DNA of 64,000 nucleotides from Oculina patagonica (Eukaryota): NCBI RefSeq assembly GCF_052425735.1, contig NC_135763.1, positions 16,740,001 to 16,804,000 of the forward strand, read 5' to 3'. Shown piece by piece: positions 48,761 to 59,900 of this stretch (position 1 is its first letter; each line of letters starts with the position of its first letter). The notes under the pieces were generated by a model. It saw only the letters and a program-made list of their open reading frames with translations, ran no database searches and was not told where the DNA came from. The position numbers and the translations under genes were made by a program.

Positions 48761-51027
48761 ATGAAGACTTTCAGTATCGTGATCTTGGTCATTTTGTTGG
48801 TGTCTGCCCAGGTCAGCTGCCGCTCTTTTCTTGAAAGTGAGTAGCCTGCTATCAAAGATCATCAAACCTTGCAATGACACAGATAAACTTTACAGACTAC
48901 AAGTTCACTTTTAGACTGTCAAAGTTTGCAGTTTGTGGGACAGGGAAGGAGAGTGCCCCCCTCTTTATCTCCAAAGCTTTGGTAGTATAGCTTATATGGT
49001 GTGAAAAATGTAAAAATGAAAAATGACCTCAGGTTGGGAAGACACTAACACGAAATTGTGTATTTCATGATTTGCCATTTTTGATCCGCCGTCTTTTTAA
49101 TTTTAAGCTTAATATAAGAACATCACAAAAATTGGTTTTGAAAATTCGAAAATAATATACGAATGTATAACGAAAATTTAACTGGGCACCCCATCTAGGG
49201 CTTTCCACAAGTTGCTCGGCAACTTTTTGGCAACTTTTCTTGATTCGAGCAACTTTTTCACCTTCGAGCAACTTTTTTCCTCTCGAGCAACTTGTTGCAT
49301 TTTGAGCAATTTCCAAACCGAAGATTTCCGAAGATTATCCGAGTGTTGTTCAAAGGCAATGCGAACGTTTCCGAAGATTTACGAAGTTTACCAAGACTTT
49401 CGAGGAACGTTAACATCTGAAGACATTTCAACTTTTCGGCTCATTTTGCATTAAAACATTACAAAACTCGTCAGCAAACATGACGTCATTGATATCTTCA
49501 CGATTTTTCTCAGTAAAAGAAATCCTTGTTATTTAAAAAATTTTCCCCTTAATGTGTTATTTAGATACTTCTTTTGCTGAAAATTGCATAAAACTGCTTA
49601 AAATCTTACTCTCAAAGGAAAATTAGCATATACCGTATTTTCTCAAATAAACGCCGGGGGCGTTTATTTAAAACTTGGCCTCAGAGACCCGGCGTTTATT
49701 TTGAAGCCGGCGTTTAATCGGGGTCCGGCGTTTATTTATGAAGTAAAATTTTCAATCATTTTTAAGTTGATTTATTCTTTCACATTCTTCGAGACCCATG
49801 AACAGTTTGTCGTGGCGGGACGTTGTATCCCTTGGACCCGACCTCAAATTATGTCCGTTTTTCTCATACATACGGCATTACATACGGCCCGTGTATATTG
49901 TAATCAGTTTTGTGCAAACAGAACAGCTAGCAACTTGGAACAAGGCGGCCTTGAAGTCCCTATTACTGTTCAATGCGCGATTTCCACCCAGAAAGCACAA
50001 TTTTTGACAAGGCTAAAACAACTGATAAACAAACGCTGGAGGGATCCTTGCGATTTTAGCGACAGCGAGCACTACAACAAAAGAAAGAGAGTGCGTAAAA
50101 AAACAAAAAGAGCATGCCGGAACATTGACTTACATTACTATATTTTCAATTTTGTGTTGTTGTAATTGCACGTCATAAACCGCAGTTAATGCTACGCCAG
50201 ACTTATTCGTTAAACATTTATATTAAAATAACAAAAGCCGTATACCATATAGTACGCGTCATATCAGTGCTTTTCTAGTGAACATCTTCACTTATTGGAT
50301 CGACTCAAATAAACGCCGGGACCTCGATTAAACGCCGGGACCCCGAATAAACGCCGGGGGCGTTTATTTAAAACTTGGCCTCAGAGACCCGGCGTTTATT
50401 TGAAGCCGGCGTTTAATCGGGGTCCGGCGTTTAATCGAGAAAATACGGTAAATGATTAGAAGCAGCGTTTTGGAGTTTTTGGAGCAACTTTGGAGCAACG
50501 TTTATTATCAGAAGCAACTTTTTTGGATTTTTGGAGCAACTTTTTGAGAAATTATATACGGGCAACTTTTTGGGAAATCTCGAGCAACTTGTGGAAAGCC
50601 CTAACCCCATCACCCTCCAGTTCAAATACGGGAAACAAGTGTTAGCGCTCGGTATTCAACAGAAAGAAAAAAAAACTTCAACACGATTGTTAGTGCTCGA
50701 TAGGAATGTCAAGCACTTGATAGTTAGAAAATTATGCCCATAAGACATATATCTTGTATATGCAAGAGATTTCTAGCCTCAAATCACAAAAAGGAAGGTG
50801 TATTTCTGCTTCGTTATCACGTCTGCATACATAGACAACGGAGACCCTAATATGTATTTTTTTATTATTTCATAGAAAGGGTACCAGACAGGGTTAACGA
50901 CAATGACGTAGCATCTGAGAAAGAAGCGCTAAGACCACGGCAATGGCAAATGAGATGTGAATACTGTGATTGTTATCATGATGTCGAAGAGTTCTGTGAA
51001 GTGAATAACTGTTGCTCTGACATGTGA
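48761..51027 (+). CDS. Putative secreted small cysteine-rich peptide precursor (75 aa: signal peptide, acidic propeptide, 6-Cys mature peptide)
   Basis: Exons 48761-48836 (donor A|gtgagt) and 50876-51027 (acceptor tttcatag, branch-like ccctaat) join in phase 1: MKTFSIVILVILLVSAQVSCRSFLEKRVPDRVNDNDVASEKEALRPRQWQMRCEYCDCYHDVEEFCEVNNCCSDM*. Upstream acceptor ends 48750. Candidate UTR exons end at 46036 and start at 52484 (AATAAA 52539). Confidence 0.8.
49196..50603. mobile_element. hAT-type non-autonomous element (8-bp TSD accccatc) in the peptide-gene intron
   Basis: tagggctttccacaagttgctc / gagcaacttgtggaaagcccta; TSD 49188-49195 and 50604-50611; gagcaact subterminal repeats. Confidence 0.9.
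49633..50448. mobile_element. Non-autonomous pogo element nested in the hAT element
   Basis: ta|ccgtattttctc...gagaaaatacgg|ta; same family as the 9652 fragment; contains an ORF remnant with GGLEVP. Confidence 0.88.
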
Positions 51028-51080
51028 TGATCACGTGAAACATGTCTCGACAACACACCAGGTAAGAGAGATTGCATATA

Positions 51081-51661
51081 CAGTTGAATCCCGATAATAC
51101 GAATCCTCATCAACTCGTTCCCGCCAGGTTATTTTCTTACTACTATTAACCTTGATAACTCGAAGTTCCGATATTAACCCTATTCAGACCGGCGGGGGGG
51201 GGGGGGGGGGGGGGGCTTTTGAGGCCCGCGCTGACTTTGAACTTTTATAACTTTTTTAAGATTTAACCAAACGCTGCCAAACTTTCTGATCATGAGTTTT
51301 CTTCATTTTGAGTACTTTGCAGTGATTTTCGGTGGTTTTCTGGCATTTTGGAAAAATTTTGAAATCCAAGATGGCGGATCCAAGATGGTGTCTGTTTTGA
51401 TATCATGATGTAATTGTCACGTGATGTGACGTCACCATCCCACGTGACGTATACCAAAAGAAAGAGTTTCGGACGTACAATACATCCTATAAGTTTCATG
51501 GTGATTGCTTAAATATTCTGGAAGTTACATAGGAGGGAGGGGGGGAGGGGCTTCCGAAGTCCCCCCCGGTCTGAGAAGGTCCAAAAAAGCCCGGTCTGAA
51601 TAGGGTTAAACTCGAAACTTTTCGATTTCCCTTGAAGGTTCGAGTTATCGAGATTCAACTG
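51081..51661. mobile_element. Tc1/pogo-type MITE (TA TSD) containing a piggyBac-type MITE (51178-51605, TTAA TSD)
   Basis: Outer: cagttgaatcccgataa / ttatcgagattcaactg. Inner: ttaa|ccctattcagaccgg...ccggtctgaataggg|ttaa. Confidence 0.87.
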
Positions 51662-53099
51662 TAGACACGTTTATGGTACTTTAATGCATGACAGATTCGT
51701 TAAAATTGACATTTTTCTTGAAGGGAAGAGAGAAAATAACTTAGGCTGAAATGACTGAAAGGATCCATCTGCTAAATCCATTGTAAACACAGGACTCAGA
51801 AATTTTTCTTATATATTTTCCTTAAAAGAGCTGTTTTCAATTGAGTTTCGTAAAACCAAAACCAAAGTTATCATTCAAGCCAATCGCAATTAAAGAACAC
51901 AGACAATCCAGTAAACCAATCAAAACTATAGAAGCAAACACATGTAGCCGGCACGAAGCGCGGGAAAACATGCGCGAGCGAGTCACGATTGGTTTTGGTT
52001 TACTTCTGATAGGCTGAGAAAGTGGCGCGAGGGTTTTAAACCAATTACAAAGTGTAGTAATGCAAAACCAATGCAAACGGTAATTAATTTCGACACTCAA
52101 GTGAAAACCACTCTATATCCTAGAAATTTGGTGGTACTCGCAGTTCATATGCACGTTTACGTGAGACTGGCTAGTTTCACCACCAAGCCTCGCTTTCGCA
52201 GTGGCAACTTGTAAATTGTATCATGGACGAATTTCCAAAACTGCAAAGATGAAAAGAATACCCACGTGAAAACTGAATGAGGGCGGTAGAGTGTTAAGAA
52301 TAATTCGCGTAAACAAGGCTCGGTGGTGAAGTTTGGGCATATGACGCTAAGGCCTATTTCTGAAACGGTTGTATTGGATGAACTTTCACCTTGAGTTTTA
52401 CTTGAAAGCTAGGCCTAACGAATTATCATTGATGTTTTTTAAAGCTAACTAAAAAATCCAATTTTGACGTTTATATCTTTCAGGGATTGCTCCAGGCATC
52501 AGCACATAAAAAAGTTGTTGGCTTTGAGGGATGTAAAAAATAAAATGCTATTGAAACTGACGACTTTTCTGTATTTTGATCATTTAAAGGCGTTCGCGCC
52601 CTAGTACTTGGAGGGTGGAGGGTTGGCTCTAAATCTAGAGACGCACTATTCGAATCCCGGCTTCTGTTCTAAAATATGCTGTTGGGCAAGACACCCTACC
52701 CTCACAATATTCTTCATCGCAAAAAATTAACTCATTTTTATGATGAACACTCGCTTCGGGTGCTGTTACTACAGACAATGTCTCGCAATTTTGCCGCGAC
52801 AGAAGTTAAACAAAATAATTTCTGGTGTGACATACCCTAAAATGAACACTTCTCGCAAAGTTTTCGTAGGGGCTACGTATCTTGAACTTGCCTCGCAACG
52901 GCGCAGCTAACTTGCGAGACAAGTTGTACGAAACATTTTCTTGTGTAACAGTGCTTGAACACACACATAGCGCGCTTTAAACGACATACAACATGATTTT
53001 GCTTCTAAATTTTATTTTTAAATAACCTATATAGTTTCTGTTTTGAATTCGTTTTTAAACAACATCAATGCACAAGGCCCTTTCCCCACATTTACATTA

Positions 53100-53267
53100 C
53101 AGCCAACTCTCTCTTAACAGACACCTCCATAATACGGACACCTGGTGACGGTCCCTGCCGTTTTTCAGTCATTTCACTGTAACTAAGCTCCCTATAAGAC
53201 AGACACCTCTCTAAGACGGACAGCTGAAGCCGGTCCCGAAGGTGTCCATTTTAGAGAGAGTTGACTG
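53100..53267. mobile_element. Short Tigger-type MITE
   Basis: cagccaactctctct / agagagagttgactg termini. Confidence 0.7.
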
Positions 53268-53956
53268 TTTTTTACTAAAGTCCTCACTGAACATTGCAAA
53301 ACTTATAAAGCATGAAAACGAGAAAAAAGGAGTGAGGATAAAATGTTTAATCAGCTAGGCACACAATGTGGACTAAGTACATAGACCGCATACATTTTAC
53401 TGATTTAGATCAACAGATCGAATTATCTGCTAATACTGGCCCTCTGCAAGGCAATAGATGCTTTAAATCTTTCAAGACATACTTACTTTTTCTTTTTTTT
53501 AATAAAATAGTTCTAACTGTGATCATATTTCGAGCTTGTCAAAAATCAGCCAGTTTCCCATGTAAACGTGATTTTACTCGACGATTTTCAACAGTGACTT
53601 TTGATGCCACACTTTTGTGTTAAAACTTTAAAAAAGGTCACTATCTGTTATACGTTGCAAATGTCTGAAGACAATTTAAATATCTGCAGTATTAATAATG
53701 GAGGAGAAAAAAATCCCTTAGAGCCTAAGAGGGGAGTATGCAAAATTGCCAAGGCAACTGCTTAAGCCATCCTTAAAATCGCAAGCCCGCATTTTCACTG
53801 ACTGAACGGAGTTTCTTTCCTCGTCATTGTTAAATCCCTTGACGTCTTTTTATGCTGAGTTTTGTCATTTCTAAAGTACTTCAACTCGTCTAGTCCCTGA
53901 GGAAAATCCAATCTCCCCATGATAGCACTCCATGTACATGTAGTTTCATCTTGTTG

Positions 53957-56900
53957 TTATTTGATCGGTTTATACAGCAGTGTTGAGACATATTTCTCTC
54001 TAAAGCGCTGTGTTCCACTAAGTGTCATAACTCCATCCTAGAAAAGAAAAGACATCATCAATAAATCCAGTGCTCAGCAGACTAAAAGGATAAAGCGATT
54101 TCACCTTAGCGTCGAAAGTAATTCGCATTTGCTTTGGTTTTCATAGCTTTACACAATAGTAAAGCTATGGAACTCTTTAGACAAAGACTTAAAACTATGC
54201 GAGAGTCATGCAAATTTTAAGAAAACTCTGAAGACAAAGCTTCTCAGCGAGTTCTTAAATTGAATTTTTTCTTATTTCTTCCTATTTCTTTTTATTTTTC
54301 ATTAATATACAACTAGTGTACATATTTTACATTTCATATTTTATTTCACTTCATGTATTGTATTGTTCATTGAAAAACCTTTTTAGGAGTGTACAATAAA
54401 ATTTTATCTTATCTTTTTTACGCTAAGAGATTGATAACAAAAAGTCGCGCCACTTCTTTATTCAACCAGAAGTAAATCCAAAACCAATCGTGGCTCGTTG
54501 GCACATGATTTCCCGCGCTTCCCCTGGCTATATGTAGAGTTCGAGTTTTGATTGGTTCCACGGATTGATTGTATCTATTGACTGGCCCAAGTGATTACTT
54601 TGGTTTTGTTTTTTGGATTGGTAAAATAATATAGACTGAAAATAAAAATACACGTACCTGCTATGAAAGTAATAAAGTTGTCTGAATTAGTTTGTATAAT
54701 CAAGAAATTAAATTTTCTTCTAGAGCAGGCTTTCTGACAGTAAGACTAAGTTATTTTGCTTTGCGAGACTCCATCGTGACACTTTGAATTTCTTGTCCCC
54801 CGAAACACGTGATGTGGCAGCGCGTGATTCGGGGGACAAGTAAGTTCAAAGTACGGAACTTGATACAGTGTACGGGTTATTGGGCAATTAATTTGCGTTG
54901 GCCTTTGGGCTGGCGTCATTTAGATTCGCTACACCGCGCTGATGAGTTCCAATAAGAACGAAACAGCTGTCCGCGGTTGCAATCCTGCTGTATCGGTTCC
55001 AGTCGTGGTATTGTCTCGCAAAGCCTATTTTTCACGTAGTATGATCAGCCTTGCTTGCAGTTGTTTGTTATTTCTGACAGTGCCAGAAAGAACATTTTGC
55101 AGTTTTGGAGCAGTTGACATGAACGCATGACCTCCTATTAAAAGGGGTATAGGGGTAACAGAAGACTTAAATTAATCAGTCTGTATTTGACAGAAAAAAT
55201 AAACAAAACAAAACAAAAACATTGAATAAAATTCTGTGTTCAATAGAAATGTTGCGCACTAATTGGTTAGAAATGTTTATCGATATGTACGCATGACCTT
55301 CATCAATGGCAAAATAAAACACCTTCACCCAAAAAGAAAGATTGTACCAAAGCTGCATGCTTCATGTACATTATGCAAGAGTATAGACAACAAGTACCTT
55401 TATAGAAAGCGCATATAGGTGGTTTAAAGACACATGGTTTGGTTCTGGCAGAAGTGATGGGTCATTGTGATCCACGACATCTTTATTGAGTATAACATGG
55501 AGTAAGTGTGGTGGAAGAACCGGTGGAACACTAGCATGCGTGCCATCTTGTACAATCACAGGGTTGTGATGTGATGGAATGAGCTGGCCATATGAACCAG
55601 GAGGAGATCCTGACATGGATTCTGAAAGAGAAAATTTCAGTCGTGTTGATATTTCATCTGCTGGTTTCCGCTGGGTTTTTGTATCAATCATTCTTTCTCA
55701 TACCGTATTCATTCAGTTTATAATTTACCAAGTCAAAACATCATTTTTGGGAGGGCTCAGGGGCGAATCCAGGATTTTTCTTAGGGGGGGGGGGGGTGCA
55801 CATCCAGGATTTTTCTTAGGAGGGGGTGCACCACTAAGGAATGCCATAACTGACTGGTGACGTAAACCAATTTTAAAAGTGAATACTAAGCCGCAGATTA
55901 TCTCAGGGAAGGGTGTGCACCCCCTGCAGTGCACCCTCCCCTAAATCCATCCCTCAGGCTTATTTTTATGCTGACGTATCACGTTCACGAAAGTTGTGAC
56001 TGACACTGTCACACTGTCACATCAGAATACATAATTATTATGGAACTTAAAGACAATAGTTAAACACCGATTTCTCGATCAAGTGGTCCATTGTCACACG
56101 ACCAAGGGCGTTACGCTGGATACTATCCGCAGACAGATCTATTCTCCTGAACAAGAGATCTGAACTGATACCCAATACAGGCACGAAAACAAATTCTATG
56201 CAGCCATTTAAAATTTATATCAATTACAATGTAAATTTAATTATAATGTAAGATAGAAAGAGCTCAGCTTTAAAAGAGAAATGTGTTAAGTTGTGTACTC
56301 ACTGATGGAGCCAGCTGAACCAATACTAGCATTAGCATCAGACTCCAGTGCCTGAAATACTTCAAAATCAGTCTTCTTGACATTGATGACATTGTTTCTG
56401 CCTCCAAAATTGTCGTTGGTGGTTGGCTGTTAAACATGAAACAAGAAATCAGACAAATTGAGTTTCTGATAATGATTTTTTTTCTCAATCATGTCACATA
56501 GTAAATGAACTCTTGACTAAAAATAAAAAATTAATGTAACTTTGTTTTATCAATCTTTAAGAATAAGCTTGGTAAATTAATGTTTAATTACAGAATAGTA
56601 ATAAGTGTCATAATCTTTGGTACAATGGCAACAATGCTCTAAAAAAAGATACAAGAGTTGGTATTCAAAAGTCAAGGTTGTACTGTCTATGCACCATACA
56701 GTAAAACAGTAGTAGTAAGTAGGAAAGTAGTATTATTTAATGGTTAAACAGTAACATTTTTTTTAACTTTAATTAATACATTGTAAGATTACCGTAATGA
56801 TTCGATTTAGCGCCCTCCTTCAAATAAGCGCCCCCTTCCGAATAAACGCCCCTCTTCGAATGTGTTTTTGTAAATAAGCGCCCCTATTCCAATAAGCGCC

Positions 56901-59900
56901 CCCATTCTAATTAGCGCCCCCCTTCTCATAAGCACCCCTATTCTAATAACTGCCCATACCGAAGTCATTGAGGTCAACTAGATAAACTCCTGACCATTCG
57001 CCGTACAGTTCATGTATATATTTACTGCTAAAATGAACAATTCTTTAAAAAGTAACTGAACTTCAAACAATTTCTAACTGTTAAAGTTTCTGTTATTGTT
57101 AGATACATTTGGTTGTTTCTCAAGAAATTAAATAAGCGCCCTGTCCCGAATAAGCGCCCTGTCTCGAATAAGCGCCCTCCCTCGAGGTGCCAAAAGTAAT
57201 TAAGCGCCCCGGGTGCTAAATCGAATCATTACGGTAGTCAGAATTTAAAAAGAGACTCTCATTAAAAAAGCATCTCCTCTCCAGACTCCTAGCTCTATTT
57301 AAAATCATGCAAGCAAGTCATTTGGCGCATTGAAATGGCATGTTATCCCATACCTCTCCCAAGTCCACTCATGTAGTGGTATAATATTAACTGCTCCCTT
57401 AATTAAAGGTACACCAAATTTAACACATATAACATTATACACTTAATGACTGGTCCCGAGGGACACATGTTGCAAACTTGTTTTGACCTTTACCAGTAGA
57501 AAATCAAATAAGCTAGCTCAGTAGAATAATCAACTATGAAGGGAATTTTAAGTTCTATTTGACAACTATTTACCAAAGTGAAGGTGGCTAGTGGTGGATA
57601 TTTACCTCACTGCTCGGTAAATATCCACCACTAGCCATCGACACTGAGGCGAATAGTTGTTTTAGTATACCATAAAATTCTGGTTATAAGCCCTGGGCTT
57701 ATACAACTTTGTAAGGGGGTTTGGGTACAGTTATAAGCGGAGGGGCTTATATCCGGGGGGGGGGGGGGAGGCTTATAACTTTCGTTTTCAGGTATATGGG
57801 CCAATAACCGGAGGGGGTTTATAAGCAGGCCCAGGGCTTACCAGTATAACCGGAATTTTACGCTTTACTAAAACAGTAAGACAATATAACCCGAAAGAAT
57901 GATTGTGGTTTAGTTTTTTCCCTTCAAAGATTACAATTTTCTTGCGCGCGTTGCTCAGTGGTGAATAACATAGGATTTCTAAGTTTGAGTAGCCAATCAG
58001 CGCACGCCAAAAGCACTATCCACTGTTTTAGTATACAGGGGCCCTGCAAATATTTTTTTTTTTTACTAGAAAGGACATATACTGTATGTCCTACTAAGAC
58101 ACCATCTTGGTCGGACAAAACAAAATTGTGGTCGGACATTTTTTTTTATTGCCATAAAATGATTTATGATCAAAAAATTGTCTGAACATTATGTCGGACC
58201 ACACTTGGGATTTCGTCGGATATGAGCAAATTTTGGTTGGCCAATGTCCGATGACCGACTGTTATTTGCAGCCCTGAATATATACTAAAACTCGATATTC
58301 GTATCTTGACAAAAAAATATCAGGATTCACCAGTTCACCGGGACCAGTCATTAAGTGATTTGTATAACTTTTGGCGGGAAACAGTAACTGTTTTAATGTT
58401 CAATGTCATGTGACCTTGAAGTAAGAGCATGCGCTGTTAGGAAAAACATTCCAGCTATATAACAAACAATTTATTGTGAACAGAATAAAGCAGTATTAGC
58501 ATCTAGGACAGCAGCATATTAAGATTTATTGAGCATGGTACTTACAGCATTTGGGTCATGAATCCAGCGACCATCAACACAAAACTTGTACTCATGCTCA
58601 CCCTCAGGCAGTTCAATTATTGTTGAGAATTCTCCTTGGCTAGGAAAAAAATTATGATGACAATCATAACTATAACAGGTAAACCAATTGCGTTTTCCTG
58701 CCTATGATGAAGTGAAGAATTTATTAATAACATTAAATTAAAAATATCAATGGATTGGGAAGGAGAAGTGGTTTTATTCTTTGTTTAAATAACTTAGTCT
58801 TGAAATGAAAAGTGCTGCCAGCATTTGCAAAATTTTGACTTCATCCAAAAGAAACAACATTGTTTATTTATTATTGACAATGTATTTCAAGCTGTAGTCC
58901 TGTACATCTAAGGTGGCCCAGTTCAGACACCGAACTTTTCGTGAGCCAAACTTAATTCACAATAAGGTCAGCCCAAATCAATGAATCTTGCCTTTTGATT
59001 TAGACACGAGACTTAATTAGTCGAACTTCATTCTGTTTGAAGCCAAAAAAATTGAAATGTCAAATGTCTATGAGCTGCATATGTAAAATACATTACAAAA
59101 ATTTATGCATTAGGTTCGGTTCATGAAAAGTTTGGCATCTGAATCAAATCCTTGGAAAGCTGGCCCACAGGCAATATTCCCGGCTAAGCCAGGCAGGAAG
59201 AATGAGCCCTTCCAAATTCAAATAGCCGCTCTCTAGGTTTGGCTTATGAAAAATTTAGCGTTTGAACTGGGCCTAATGTTTTATATTAAATATGATTTTC
59301 TTACCTCAGATTCATGGGGATTCTAGTTTTCCAGTCATTAAAACTCCCAGTAAGTAAGACCTCTCTGCCACCATTATCCCAGGTAAACACAGTTGGTACA
59401 GTTCTTTTCTGCGGTGGCTCCGGTTCCATAGAGTCATCGTCATAGTCATAATCGCTATGGTCATCAACTTCTGGTTCCCGTGCTAAATTAATCACAGAAA
59501 TGGAAATGATTCAGTTCAGCAACTGATTCAGTTCAGCATGCACGCTGTGAGGTGTGTATAATTTGACACAGTGCTTTAAGTACACTGTTACCAGGCACAC
59601 CTGGTCCAATTATTGCACCAGATTTTATTCTTGGCCACAGGTATTGAAAAATGTCCTTTGGACAAGCGACTGTTAAATTTTGCTCACCTACAGCAGTTGC
59701 ATGTTTGGCTTTATAGTTAGTTTCTTTTAAATTATGATTTAATAGTTGGTAGAAGGCTTGCCTGGCCTACATGTAGGCAAAACTTCTGCCAACTGAGTGG
59801 GCCCTTGCCCAATGGTCAAGTGAGCACGAAAACTCACTTCCCCTGCAGAAAAATCTACCGATTTGAATTGAAAGTTCCTTTCTTATGATGAAGCTTTTCA

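Noticed and set aside
56810-57210. Regularly spaced short repeats (aataagcgccc), also at 3904-4406 and 37795-37900, superficially CRISPR-like
   Set aside because: Eukaryotic context, no cas genes; repeats are short, irregular subterminal or tandem motifs.
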